DNA from: Lama glama
Taxonomy: Eukaryota
Length of the DNA stretch: 64,000 nt
Reading direction: 5' to 3'
Assembly (NCBI GenBank): GCA_028534125.1
Contig: CM052840.1
Location: 1,426,001 to 1,490,000, forward strand
Positions 26,062-38,600 of this stretch are shown piece by piece. Position 1 is the first letter of the stretch; each line of letters begins with the position of its first letter. The notes beneath the pieces were generated by a model. It did not search any database. It was not told the origin of the DNA and worked only from the letters and a program-made list of their open reading frames with translations. Made by a program: the position numbers and the translations under genes.

Positions 26062-26156
26062 AGGGAGGAGGGTATAGCTCAGTGGCAGACCGCATGCTTA
26101 GCACGCAAGAGGTCCTGGGTTCAATCCCCAGTTCCTCCATTTAAAATAAATTTAAA
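26062..26156 (+). mobile_element. Camelid SINE
   Basis: gggtatagctcagtggcaga..gaggtcctgggttcaatccccag; TSD AAACCCAAGA at 26050-26059 and 26157-26166. Confidence 0.92.
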
Positions 26157-27241
26157 AAACCCAAGATGAGACCTTTAAGAAAATACTTACTGAGTGACTT
26201 CTTCTGGGGCTGCGCACCCTTTCAACAAATTTGACTGATACATCAATATCACAATAATAAAGACTGCGAAGTACCAAGGCTTCATCTTTAGAGGCTTCCA
26301 TGAGCTCTCCTCTCCCCACTTGCCGACCTTCCCAGTGCCACCATGTAACGAAGGCTGACACCTCAAACGCTTCCTAAGAGAGAAGAGAAACCCAGGCCCA
26401 GTGCAACACAAAGTCTTAAAGCAAGAAGGATTTAGGCTTGACGTGAAGAAGAACTTCCTGACAGGGAAAGTGGTTACACACTGGAATAAGCTGGTGAGGA
26501 ATCAAAGGGGTCACGGGACTCCCCACCTCTGCTTGGCACTTCGCACGTCCCCAGCTTGGTGCACTCAGCCCAGACGTGGAAGCCGTAGGTGACTCAGGGA
26601 ATCTTAAGTGGCGGTTGCTAGGTTACAAGCTTCCTCAATGTGCTTTCAGTGTAAGGACTAAAGGATGTCACCTGGTTGGGAGGAAGAGCTGTGGGGGAGG
26701 GAGTAGGGGAGATGGAGACAAGCCAGCACTTCCAGAAGGAGCAATTAGGCCATGGCCTGGAAGGCATCCTGTTCTTAGTACTTTTCCAAGGATCTGAGTC
26801 CCTAGATCCCATGGTCCTTGTAGAGGGTGATGTTTGCAGGACATAAACATTAGGTTAGAATGGAGCCGATTCTGGGGCCGGATTCCAGTCCTTTCCCAAC
26901 TATGCTGCCTGGAACAGACAGTATGACAGTGGGGAGAGGGCAGTCACTGAAACCCTCTGAGGGTCTGGGCTCCTTCCTTCACTGTAACTGGACAAAAAGC
27001 CAGATGACAGTAGAGATGCTAGATACCCTTAATAATGCACAATTCTTTCCCTTGTGATTTAATTGTGATAAAATGAAAGAATGTTGGACTTAGAATTCAC
27101 AGACTAGACCCACCCCGAACAACTAGCATGGCCCTAAGTCAGTAGTTTCATTTCACAAAGTCTCAGAGTCCTCATGTGTAAAAAGTGGGTGCTAATACCT
27201 ACCTGGCAACCTTTCCTAGGGCTGTTGTTAAGATTATGAGA

Positions 27242-27330
27242 GGGGTGGGGGAGTATAGCTCAGTGGTAGAGCTTGCGCTTAGCATGCATGAGGTTCTAGG
27301 TTCAATCCCCAGTCCCTCCATTTAAAAAAA
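27242..27330 (+). mobile_element. Camelid SINE inserted in a MIR
   Basis: gtatagctcagtggtagag..ggttcaatccccagtccctccatttaaaaaaa. Confidence 0.9.
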
Positions 27331-27345
27331 TTGAGTTATGCAGAC

Positions 27346-27415
27346 ATATATATGTACTAAGCATATATATATATATACACACACACATATATATATACAT
27401 ATATATATATATATC
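27346..27415 (+). repeat. (TA)n/(CA)n microsatellite
   Basis: Seen directly. Confidence 0.9.
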
Positions 27416-27766
27416 TCAATAAGCATATATCTGCTTATCGAGCTGTCCCACTAGTGGAATGGGTGGCGACACAGGAAGTCTTGACTCACGGCTTTGGTAG
27501 AAGGCTCAGTGGGCAAAAGAGGCTGAAGGTGGGCCCCCAAAAGCCCTCTTGAGGGAGATCTATGGCTTTCAGTCCTCCAGATCACTCTGTGCTGATTTTT
27601 TTTGTGAAGACAGTTTAAACTGAGGCTTCCCTGTTCCTCTAGGCAGAGCATGGTCTCTAGGAAAAAGTGAAATGTTTGGAGCTTCCTGTGAAGCTTCATT
27701 AATTCAGTTCACATTTTTTTGGAATTTATGGGTTCTTATAGAATAGAGAAAACAGAACATAACTTT

Positions 27767-28270
27767 TGGGGGAGGGTGAAATTTACCCCCTACCCCACCT
27801 TGAGTTCTTCTGGCTGATCTAATAATTAAATTGACACAAGACAGATGATTGGGAGGGGGAAAAATAATTTAATTCACATGTACTGAGGTCCCAAAGAAAT
27901 GGGAGCCCTGAAGTGACCAAAACAGACTGTTTATATATCATTTTCAGACAATTAATTGTGAAGATTTAACAAAGGGGCTTGTGCTTGGGGTCGCAGACTA
28001 ATGAAGACCAGAGAAGTTTGTTCACGTGGCCTTCTGTGTCTTGAACCCCCTATAACCCTGGTGAGAAGGATGCTTTCTATCTTCTGGGTGTAGGGAGGCT
28101 GCTTTCACATGGGAGATTTATTTCCCACTTTCAGGGGGAAAAAAGGGGCTCAGAGTGTGTTTTTAATCTCAAAATTTCTCCACTGGCTCTTTCTCAAGTA
28201 ACTAACTTAAAATAATCAATATGCCATGTGGTAGTATATCTTGGGGTGGCCTGCTCTGAGCCCCAATACA
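27767..28270 (-). mobile_element. Solo ERV1-class LTR (~500 bp)
   Basis: Right end aaaataatcaatatgcc..ttggggtggcctgctctgagcccca..ca is the reverse complement of the TG..cagaatatgccaccccaaa start typical of MER4/MER34/MER41-group LTRs; internal aattgacacaagacagat and ggagatttatttcc motifs. Confidence 0.65.
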
Positions 28271-28599
28271 ACCTTCTTCTGTGAAGCTTCCAGAGCTACT
28301 TACTTCGTAAGTCCAGGGAATTCACCCTGAAAAACAGTGGAATTTCTAAGCCAAGAACTCACGATGTTAAGATGGCCCTATTGTGAGCTGTGACTTCTGT
28401 TTCTTACAGGAAGTCATTTCTAAGTGAGGGGCGAAATGTTTGTGCTTGTTCTCAGTTTTCCCTTTTCTTGGTTTTGTTGACAGTAGTTACAGTAGTAATA
28501 GAGTTAATAGCGATTTACCAGGCTCCTGCTAGGTGTCAGAAGCTGAACTGAACACTTTACAAATATTATCTCATTTAGTCTTCACAAAAATCTACAAAG

Positions 28600-29695
28600 A
28601 TATATCTATAGCATGGAAGGCTACTCAGAACTAAAAAGGAATGAATTATTGATACATGCAAAACTTGGATGAGTCTCCAGGGAATTATGCTGGGAGCCAA
28701 AAAAGTCAGTCCCCAAAGGTGACATGCTGTAAGATTCTATTTATATGACATTCTTGAAATGACGAAATTATGGAAATAGGAAACAGATTAGTGGTTGCCA
28801 GGGGTTGGAGAGAGAGGGGCAAGAGAAGAAGGTATGGATATAAAGAGGCAACATGAACGGTTCTTGTGATGATGGAAATGTTCTGTATCTTGACCAATCA
28901 ATTTCCATATCCTGCACTGGAGAGGGTGTAGAGAAAAAGGAACTTGCCTACATTGTTGGTGGGAATGTGAATTGGTGCAGCCACTATGGAGGGCAGTGTG
29001 GAGATTCCTCAAAAAACTAAAAATAGACTTACCATGTGACCCAGCAATCCACTCCTGGGCATATATTGGGAGGAAAATACAATTCGAAAAGGCACATGTA
29101 CNNNNNNNNNNNNNNNNNNNNNNNNNNNNNNNNNNNNNNNNNNNNNNNNNNNNNNNNNNNNNNNNNNNNNNNNNNNNNNNNNNNNNNNNNNNNNNNNNNN
29201 NNNNNNNNNNNNNNNNNNNNNNNNNNNNNNNNNNNNNNNNNNNNNNNCTTGCAGCAACGCGGATGGACCTGGAGATTGTCATTATAAGTGAAGTCAGTCA
29301 GAAAAAGAAAGAAAAATACCATATGATATCGCTTATATGTGGAATCTTAAAAAAAAGATTACAAATGAACTTATCTACAAAACAGAACAGACTCACAGAC
29401 GTAGAGAACAAACCTATGGTTACCAGTGTGAAGCGATAAACTGAGAATTCGAAATTTGCACCTCTTGGGGAGTGATGGAAATGTTAGCTAGCTTGATCGT
29501 GGTGGTAGTTTCATTGATGCATACATAAAAAGAAAAAAATTACTCAAAAAATTTTCCATATCCTGGTTGTGATATTATTGTACTATAAGCTTTGCAAGAT
29601 GTTATCATTGAGGGAAATTGGGTAACAAGCGTTATTTTTTACAACTGCATGTGAATCCACAATTTATCTCAAAATACAGTTTAATTTAAATAATA
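28600..29695 (+). mobile_element. L1MC-like 3' end interrupted by a younger L1-derived insert (28915-29552; N gap 29102-29247)
   Basis: Old L1 3'UTR resumes after TSD TTTCCATATCCTG (28902-28914 / 29553-29565); the insert encodes ORF2 C-terminus ([25 protein letters not shown]). Confidence 0.85.
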
Positions 29696-30399
29696 TAAAG
29701 AACCTGAGGTTAAGAGTAGTTAAATAATTTCAGAGCCAGAATTTAAACCAAGATCTGTCAGATTCCCAAGCCTGAGAATTTCAAGACTTGACTCTATTCA
29801 AGGAAACCAGATAGGAGGACCCCATAAGCCTGGCAGTCAATCAGACCACGTGGCTTACTGATGTCATGGACATCTTTGTTACTGAGGACTATTTTCCTGA
29901 TAAGGCGACTAGAGAGTGGCTTGCAAGATTTGGCAAGCCCTGTGGGTTTGTGCTGAGGGCCAAGATTTGATAACCAGGTTTCCCCTTCCTGAGGTGTGTA
30001 AAGAAAGGCGATGTGAGAGGGACCACCCACGTGTTTGTCTTTCTGTGTTTGTCTCTGGCTGTGTGTCCGCAAAACTGTTCATTTGTCAGTTTCTCTGTGG
30101 ATATGAGTATTTCGGGGGGTGGGGGTAAGATGATGTGTACGTTATGGATATATGCGCAGGTCGGTGTGTAAACTGTTTGGATGCACCTGTGTCAGGTCTG
30201 GGTGTGCCACACCCACAGAACTTGTTTCTATTAGGTTAAACCATTTGATAAAACCTCCCCCAAAGCAAAGCCGACTATTGAGCCAGCCCGTCACAAAGTG
30301 GGTCTGTGTACTGCAGATAAACTGGGTAATTGGACTCTCCGCCTCCTCATCCAAAACAAACACTCACAAACCGCCCACCCCCACACTGGAGGGAGTCTG

Positions 30400-31750
30400 G
30401 TCCCGTCATCTGGGTACTTGGCGCTAGTGCCCGGCTTTCCCTGAGCGGGAGACAAGGTGAGCGTCTACGGCCGGGCCCTTTCCCTCCCCCGCGGGCCGGG
30501 CGCCGCCAGGGCTTATGTAAAAGGGTCGCGGCTCGCTCCGCCGCGGGGCGCACGCGGATTCCTGCACAGGTGTGGCGGCTGCCGGCGGGGATGTGCGAGG
30601 AGCAGGCGCGCCGGCCTCCCCCCAGCCCCCGGCGGCGGCTTCGCTTCTCCTTCCTGTTGCTCATTTATTCTCCTCATCTGCATGTGTGACGGCGGTGTGC
30701 GGACTAGGGAAGGACAGAGCGCCCTCTCCCCTGCTGGCCGCGCCGCTCTCGGGTAATGCGCTGCCTGCGCCTCGCCCCCGCGCTCCTCCGGCCTGGCTGT
30801 GTAAGTGGCGCGGGGCGGGGGCGGGGGCGGAAGATCGCGGGGATGGGGAGCTGGGAAGAGGCAGGCGTCGGCGCCGAAAGGTGTTAACTCCTTGCTTCAC
30901 CGGGAGGCGGCCGGGCACCTGGAAGCCCAGAACGCCCCCGGCCCCTCGCGCGCTCCGCTGGTTTCCGACCAATCGGCGGGGAGAGCCACGGTGGACAAAG
31001 CGGGGCGGACGTGATGTTGCCGCGGGGTGGCGCCCTCGCCGCCGCGTCTTCCCTTGAAAGTTGGCGGGGGGCTGGGAGCCCGTGCGCCCGCCCACGCCGG
31101 GAGCCCAGGGCTCTTGGCCCTGGCTGCCCTTGATTCGCCCCATTCCTCCTGCAGGGCCAGGCGCGGACGCCGCCGGACCGCTGAGGCTTGAGGGACGGTG
31201 AAGCGCTGGCCGGCGTCGGGGCCCTTCCTGGGGGTCGGGCGGGAGCCCGCGGACGGGAGCGAGATGGAGGCGGCGAGAGGGGGCGCGCAGTAGCCGGCGG
31301 ATCCCCAGGTTCGCACCTCCCCCGGCGCCCTGGCGCTCGGCGGGGGCGCGGCGGGCGGGGCCCCCGGGGCTGCCATGGAGGTGCCTAACGTCAGGGACTT
31401 CCAGTGGAAGCGCCTAGCGCCACTGCCCAGCCGGCGGGTCTACTGCTCCCTGCTGGAGACCGGGGGGCAGGTCTATGCCATTGGGGGATGTGATGACAAC
31501 GGCGTCCCCATGGACTGTTTCGAGGTCTACTCCCCTGAGGCCGACCAGTGGACCGCCCTGCCCCCCCTGCCCACAGCCCGGGCCGGGGTGGCCGTCATCG
31601 CCCTGGGCAAGCGGATCATGGTGATCGGGGGTGTGGGCACCAGTCAGCTGCCCCTGAAGGTTGTGGAGATGTACAACATTGATGAGGGCAAGTGGAAGAA
31701 GAGGAGTATGCTGCGCGAGGCCGCCATGGGCATTTCCGTCACGGCCAAAG
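30400..31750. promoter_or_regulatory. CpG island / proximal promoter of KLHDC8A
   Basis: Very high GC and CpG density, GC boxes (GGGGCGGGG array ~30812-30830), CCAAT at ~30969. Confidence 0.9.
31375..31750 (+). CDS. KLHDC8A: Kelch domain-containing protein 8A, coding exon 1 (376 nt; exon acceptor probably at 31154/31155)
   Basis: gccATGG Kozak; MEVPNVRDFQWKRLAPLPSRRVYCSLLETGGQVYAIGG kelch repeats; donor AAG|GTGAGT. Confidence 0.97.
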
Positions 31751-32821
31751 GTGAGTGGGGCCAGGGCTGAGGGAGGCAGAGAGAAGGGAGTGGGGGGGTC
31801 AAAGGGAAAGGGAGTGATGCCGACACTGGGTTGGAGGCCATGATCATATTCCTGATCCCATTTCATCCTTAGGGTGGACACTGAAACTAGAGGCCCGCTT
31901 GCCTTATTTTACAGATGGGAAAACTAGGACTCAGCAAATGAGGTGTCTAGTAAATCCATATGATGCCAGAGCTCCCCTCCACCGCACCGGGCTCCTCCTA
32001 GCAAGTGAGCAGGCCTGGCCAGAGGGGAGAGCCAGAGGGTTAGTGCAATGTCTCTGTAGGTCCCTTCATTCCGCAGAATGACCAGGCTTCCCACCCACAG
32101 CACCAAATCCCCTGAAATCTGCCTTACAGGTGCCACTACTTCCAGACATATATTTGGGGTCCTGAGGATGTTCACGCCATCCTCATACCATCTCCAGGCC
32201 CCACTGGGAGGGCTTTGGAACCTGATTCCAGGAACTTCTCCCTACCATCTGCCTCCTAATCTCAGAGATCCTGATGAGTGGAGACCAGAATATTCCTGAG
32301 GGTCCTGCCCCTGTGGTATCTGGCCCAGGTTCACTAAGTTCTCAGGGCGGGCAAGTGCTGACCACGTAGCTTTGTGATTCTCATTTCACTCTCTCCAAGC
32401 CCATCATTTCCTTCTTTTCAGGCCAGGTACATCCCAGAACGTAGAGGGGACCTGAAAGCTCTTTTGCTAAAACACACAGGGTTTTATGGGAAACAGTCCA
32501 ACAGGAGTTAGGAGACCCCAAGTACAGATCAGAGAGGCTTAGTGGGATGCAACTTTCCCTCCCTCTCCTACAAAAACCATCCCAGCTGCCTGTTGGGTCT
32601 CCTGTAGGTTAGAAACCAGTATTTCTTGAGCACCTGCTCTGTCCCTGGCACAGTTCTAGGTCCCAGGGAGGAAGGCAAGAGGCAGAAGATCTGATCCCTG
32701 CCGTTAGGAGCCCAGGTCTGAAACCAATGAAGGTGACCAGAGAGAAACTCTAACTCAGAATCCCTCAGGGCAGAGTGGCCAGTGAGGCCTCCTGAACTCC
32801 CAGTAAGGAAGTAAGGAAACT

Positions 32822-32870
32822 GGAAGGAAGGAAGGAAGGAAGGAAGGAAGGAAGGAAGGAAGGAAGGAAG
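32822..32870 (+). repeat. (GGAA)n microsatellite
   Basis: About 12 units in a KLHDC8A intron. Confidence 0.95.
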
Positions 32871-32959
32871 ATGGAAAACATGGAGGCCCATGGGGAAATA
32901 GAGAGGGAGCGGGCTTCAATAAATGGTGCTGAAAAAAAAATGATGCTGAAAAATTAAGA

Positions 32960-33160
32960 ACTAACATTTATTGAGTCCTTACCATAGGTGCTTTTAAGTA
33001 TATTAATCTCTTTGACCCTCACAACCTGTCTGATGAGGTAAGTGCTATAATCATCTTCATTACAGTGAGAAGTAATATGAGGCCCAGAGAGGTTAAGTAA
33101 CTTGCCCACCGTTACACAGCTAGCAGGTGATGGTTGAGTCTGTGCTCTTAACTATGGCAT
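32960..33160 (-). mobile_element. MIR
   Basis: taacatttattgag..gaggcccagagaggttaagtaacttgccc. Confidence 0.8.
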
Positions 33161-34557
33161 TGAGTGGGCTCAACAGTTTACTAAGAATTTACATGCCTTT
33201 GTGCCAGGCTTTATACCAGATGCTGGGGCCACAGGTTAACAAATTCTCAAGGACCTAACAATCTATTGAAAGAAACAAAGATTATTTCAGTAACGTGTGG
33301 CAAGTGGGGTGATGCAGATGCCATGGGAGGTAGTGAGCCACTGCTGTCAGCCCACCTTACAGTTCAGGGACACCCAGGTGACTCTGAAAGAATGACTAAG
33401 AATCAGGTGCAGGAGTGCTGGTGTGGAATGGATGGGCGGGTTCCCAGCTGGAGGTATGCAGGTGAAACAGGACTGAGAGAGGTTGAGTTTGTGTCAGTAA
33501 ATCACTCATTACAGAGGCCCCATCTCCCAGCCACAGGCTGTGGTTGGGATTTTTTTTCCTCTCTCTTTAGTAAAATTAGAAAGTAGAAAAAAGTAGTGCT
33601 CATCCCTGCAAGGCCCTTGAAGAGTAAAGGCCTGTTAGAGCCAGAAGTAGTGAAACCTGGCGACTAAGAGAGAGAACCCCACGCAGGGATGGGTCCTCGG
33701 GAAAAAGAGAGCCCTGGGGGGAGGGCTCTGTCCTTAACAGGCTACGAGGTACTGGGGTGAGGCTCAGGGAATCGCGGATGCCTTGCCCTTCTCTTGGGTG
33801 CAGTGTGTCAGGGAAGTGCCTTGAGAGGCCGCCGGCAGCCAAGAGCGCTGGAGAAAGGAGGGGACTCCCTTCTCTTCTCAGAGTGCCTTGCCCACTGCCT
33901 GGGCAGGGTTTCATAAAGGGGCCAGTTTGCTCTCCTCCCTCATTCACCCCTAGCCCTGTCCCATCCAGTGCAGGGTGCCTCCTGGAGCCCCCATGCTCTC
34001 CGGTGTGTGAAGGAGGATGGCCTTCCTCAGTCCAGACAAAGAAGGAAGCAGCAGCAGTCCAGTGTCCCCCAAGGCCAATGACAGCAGGGCTGACCTCATT
34101 TCCTAAGGCTCCCACTAGCCCTAGGGATTTCTAGATCTGGGAGTGCCTGGGAAACAGGCCACTCCTGGGGGCATCAAAGGAACTCCTTCCTCTTTGGCAT
34201 CCCCTCTGGCTGCCCAGGAAGGAGGAGAATGGAGGGGACAAGACCTGCAAAGGGTGGTCCAGGCCTAGACTCAACCAAGTCTGCCTTTCGGCAAGGCTTA
34301 GCATTTCAAGCTTAAGCAAGGGCCAGGCACCAAGGCAGGCTAAGGCATGTAGGCCTGACATGGCTTCGAAAAGACCCAGGCTCGACCATAGCAGGAACTT
34401 TTAATGGTGCCACCAACTCATTCTCTGGCAGAGCAGTGGTTGTGAATCTGGTCTGGCCTCAGTGCTGGCATTCAAGGGGTTAACAGAGGCTGGCCATGGT
34501 AGAGGATGAGTCTGATGGCCTGTCTCATGGCGTCTGTTGTGTGGTCTTTCTCCTTAG

Positions 34558-34722
34558 ATTACAGAGTGTACGCGGCAGGCGGGATGGGCCTGGACCTCCG
34601 TCCACACAGCCACCTCCAGCACTATGACATGCTCAAGGACATGTGGGTGTCTCTAGCACCCATGCCCACCCCGAGATATGCTGCCACCTCCTTCCTCCGG
34701 GGTTCCAAGATCTATGTGCTGG
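34558..34722 (+). CDS. KLHDC8A: KLHDC8A coding exon 2 (165 nt)
   Basis: ccttag|AT acceptor; DYRVYAAGGMGLDLRPH..KIYVL; G|gtaagg donor; phase matches the previous exon. Confidence 0.97.
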
Positions 34723-34951
34723 GTAAGGACAGGTTGTCTGTCCCATGTCTGTCCCGCCTTCCCTCCCCTGGGTAAGTTCCTATTGGAAGCAGTGCCTGTC
34801 TGTGTGCTGAGCATCTTCTGGGCACTGGGGTTTATCATGCCGCCCCACCTCTCAGGGAGCTTCCTGTGTGATCCAATCAGAAGGGGGAACCCAGCCCCAG
34901 TGCTCAGGGGCTTACTCTGCTTGCCCAATCCCCGCCCACTCTGGCCTCCAG

Positions 34952-35167
34952 GGGGACGACAGTCCAAGTACGCGGTCAACGCCTTCGAGGTCTTTGACAT
35001 CGAGACTCGCTCCTGGACAAAGTTCCCCAACATTCCCTGTAAGCGGGCCTTCTCCAGCTTTGTGACCCTGGACGACCGCTTGTACAGCCTGGGCGGCCTG
35101 CGGCAGGGTCGGCTCTACCGGCAGCCCAAGTTCCTCCGGACGATGGACGTGTTCGACATGGAGCAGG
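34952..35167 (+). CDS. KLHDC8A: KLHDC8A coding exon 3 (216 nt)
   Basis: ctccag| acceptor; GGRQSKYAVNAFEVFD..MDVFDMEQ; G|gtgagc donor. Confidence 0.97.
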
Positions 35168-35764
35168 GTGAGCCGGGCGCCGGCCCCTGGCTGCCCACCT
35201 CTGCTCTGGCTGAATCCCCCACCTTACCCCCATCCCATCCATCCGCCCAGGCCCACTTTTCCAGCTGGGAGTACTTTCCAGAAGTGTGAACACCCCTCTC
35301 CATTCAGGGATGCTCTTGGGAGCAAATTCTTTGATCTGTACAGGGCTCCCTTTGATTGGCTGGTTGTTTTTATCAAAGCCTTTTCCATCTATTGTCGCTT
35401 CTTACAACATCCAGGCAGGGCCAGGTGAGGGAGGGCTTTTTCCTGCTTTTTGTTCACAGAGAAACAGAAGGAGCCGGACTCCTACGCTCTGCCTCTAGTC
35501 AGCCTCCTCTCCAGCTTAGAGCCTGTGAGAGCAGAGACAGGACTAGGTGATTCGTTATAAGAGATTACGGTCCCCTGGACTGCAACACACATGGGGGAAG
35601 GTGGAGGCCATGGAGAGTCCTTCCAAACAGTGTTGTATCTGCACTGGGCATGAAGGGTAGATGGAGTGGACATGCTGCCTCGGCTGTGGGCTGTTTGTGT
35701 ATTTGGTGGGGGTGGTCAGCAGCTAATTCTCTGTATGTCTCCTGCCGCCCTCCGTGGCCTCCAG

Positions 35765-35866
35765 GGGGATGGCTGAAGATGGAGCGCTCCTTCTTCCTCA
35801 AGAAGCGGCGGGCAGACTTTGTGGCCGGCTCTCTGAGTGGACGGGTCGTAGTGGCTGGAGGACTTG
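35765..35866 (+). CDS. KLHDC8A: KLHDC8A coding exon 4 (102 nt)
   Basis: ctccag| acceptor; GGWLKMERSFFLKKRRADFVAGSLSGRVVVAGGL; G|gtaagg donor. Confidence 0.97.
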
Positions 35867-36741
35867 GTAAGGATGGAGCCTCCGGGCTGGCACTGTGGTT
35901 CAGGTGCTCGGTGGATCCTTGGCAGTCTGCATGAGCAGGAGAAGGGGCTGGCTCCTTGCCCACCACCTGCCTACCGCTTTATTCCAGAGAATTCAAAACG
36001 CTCCCTTCCTCCCACCCTGGATGTCGTATCTCCACGTATGGGCCCCAGAAGTGGTCTCTCTGGCCTCTCACACAGGGGAAACTGAGGCCCAGAGAGCATA
36101 AGGGACATACTGATAACCGTGTCACACAGGCTTGCTGTGCACAGGTCCTTGGGGCCTTTCCAGGAATGACTGGTGGTAAAAAGTGTGGCAGGGATTGGCC
36201 TTGGTCTTCTTTCTCTGACCCGTCTCTTCTCCCTGGATACCAGCTCCATCACGGAGTAGGAGGGCAGTCTGATCGAATACGTTATTCTAATGAATTCAGG
36301 ATTTGCTGCATGACCCCTCCCGGAGGTGAGCGGCGTTTTGAAGGAGGGACCCCGACATCACAGGGGAGAGATGGGCAGCGTCCAGGCACCCAGAGTTTAC
36401 TCAGCACGGACAGACCCCCACTTTACCCACACAGGAAAGGAGCTTGATGTGAGCCAGACCACGTGTGCAGCTTTCTTAGGAAAAGGCAGTTGTGTCTAGA
36501 AACTTCTAGTAAAAGCAGAAGGTAGGGAAAGAAAGCTTAATCTTGAGGAGATGAAAAGACAGAGGAGGCAGGAAGGGCAAAGTGGCAGTTTGAGAAAAGG
36601 GTGGGGAGGGAGCAGTTCCGCAGCCAGGGAAGTTTGAGGATGCTTGGCCTCTGTGGTGGGGAGTGGGGGTTTCGGGGTGACCACCGGCACGGATTGGTGG
36701 CTGGACTCCTTTGTGAGATTTGGTTCCCTCGGCACTTTTAG

Positions 36742-36935
36742 GCAACCAACCCACTGTCCTGGAGACGGCGGAGGCGTTCCACCCAGGGAAGAGCAAGTGG
36801 GAGATCCTCCCCGCCATGCCCACACCCCGTTGTGCCTGCTCCAGCATCGTGGTCAAGAACTGCCTCCTGGCCGTGGGAGGCGTCAACCAGGGTCTGAGCG
36901 ATGCCGTCGAAGCCCTGTGTGTCTCTGACTCCTAG
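36742..36935 (+). CDS. KLHDC8A: KLHDC8A last coding exon (194 nt including TAG)
   Basis: ttttag| acceptor; GNQPTVLETAEAFHP..ALCVSDS*; exons sum to 376+165+216+102+194=1053 nt = 350 aa plus stop. Confidence 0.97.
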
Positions 36936-37806
36936 CCGTCCCTGGGCCCACTGCCTGTGTCCTGGATCGGATCACCCACTCTTGACAAGAGGAATGGTCT
37001 CGTCAAAGCAGTTTGGGCCGCTTCCCAGGATGCCAGCTCCTGTCAGCGGCCAGTGGGGTCAGGCCCTGGGGCCCTGAGTGACCAATCCACCTCCAAACCC
37101 TACCCATCCCCGGAAACTGCAAGGAGTCTGGATGACTCTGCCGGCCCCGCCCCCTCGCCAGGGCTCAGGTGACCTCTGGGGAGAGTCCTCACTTGCTGCT
37201 CAGGCAGAGGGAGGTACAGGAGTGCGGGCCACCTGCCCCCTCTGGGCTTACCCCTCCCCATCTGCAGGATGGGAGGTAGGCAGGGCAGTTCTCACCCAGA
37301 GGATAGCTCCTTGTAGCTGGCCTTTCCCCGGCTCTGCACCAGTCTGACGGCCTCTTAGGATGGAAAATGGAGAAGGGTTGCATGGCTACCAAACCCCTCT
37401 TCCCTACCTTGGTCTACATCCCCTCCGCCTTTGGTGGCCAACTGTGGGCCTGCCCTGGACCTCATCTGCTCAGCAAAAACTGACCCTGGAGCTGGAGAGG
37501 CAGACTTGGAAGGGGAGTCGGGTTCACGTGGACTGGTACAGGCCAGCAGCCTTGGCCAGGGAGGACCCAGGCCTCTCGGGGTCCCGATGGGAATGTGATG
37601 ATGGGGAAGGAGCAGACTTCCAGCCCAAGGTCTGCTCCCCACTTTTCTCTCTTCATTTCTCCTTTGGTCACCCCTCCCCACCAGAGGCCCAGCCCTTTGT
37701 CACGGACAGCCCAGAGTGTTTCTGCGTGAAACCTCATTTACACTGTGGCATCAGAATCCACGAAGGATGGACTCATTGCACTCTGGTTAACAGCAGCAGC
37801 ACAATG

Positions 37807-37812
37807 ATTAAA
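37807..37812 (+). terminator. KLHDC8A poly(A) signal ATTAAA (3'UTR ~36936-37830)
   Basis: First canonical-type hexamer I found after the stop codon. Confidence 0.65.
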
Positions 37813-38600
37813 ATCTATATTCCTATCTTCTCTGGCACCCTGGTGCAGGGGTGGGGTGGACAGTGTCTGGATGTATGGAGGGGACCCCATGAAACAGTCC
37901 CTCTGACATTCTCAGGCTAAATGGGATTCCAAGCGACCACCTGTTCTTGGCTGTCCCCTCTGAGGACACCTCCACCTTCAAACCACCCCTCCCCCACCAG
38001 TCACTTCACTGCTGATAGAACAGCACACTTTCCATCTCTTCAGCGTGGACACCCCTGGGTGTGTTAGGAAAAGTTTGCGCTCATTAGCTGACTTCCTCAT
38101 CAGATTACTCCTCATGTCTGGCCTCAGTTCGTTCCGCTCAAGCTCATTTCTGTCCTGCCCACAGTAGAAAGGGAGTTGCTCACAGATGTGAAAGCATGAA
38201 GGACACGCCCCCTTCTAGCTTACATAGCGCCCCTTTCTGATTCCCAGTTATTTTTAAAAGCTGGGTTAGCACCAAGGGTACAAAGATGAAAAAACTACCT
38301 GTCCTGGAGGGGCAGTGGGGGAGTCAGCTGCCCCTCACTAGGCGGTGGTATGGTTCTTTCTCACGAGGCAGGGACAGTAGAGGAATGCCTGTCCGGATCT
38401 GAGGGGCCAGGGGAGCCTCCTGCAGGAAGTATCACTGCTCCTGAATCTTCATGGACAAAGGAACCAGGGTCTTTCCGGGAATGGGATTTCTCCCCCCCCT
38501 TTCTCTGGGTACCTGGTCTTTTTTCTTCCTTGGGCCCTACGAGGACACTGCCACCTGCTGGCTCAGGCCTTCCTTCCCACCCTGGCATCCTAAGGCCGCG

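Noticed and set aside
26069-26137. tRNA-Ala-like genes (also at 27250, 50622, 56231, 60575 and others)
   Set aside because: They have A-rich tails, TSDs and divergent stems, so they are SINE copies, not tRNA genes.
30330-31376. Several 100-160 aa ORFs on both strands
   Set aside because: Stop-poor CpG-island sequence giving Arg/Pro/Gly/Ala-rich translations.
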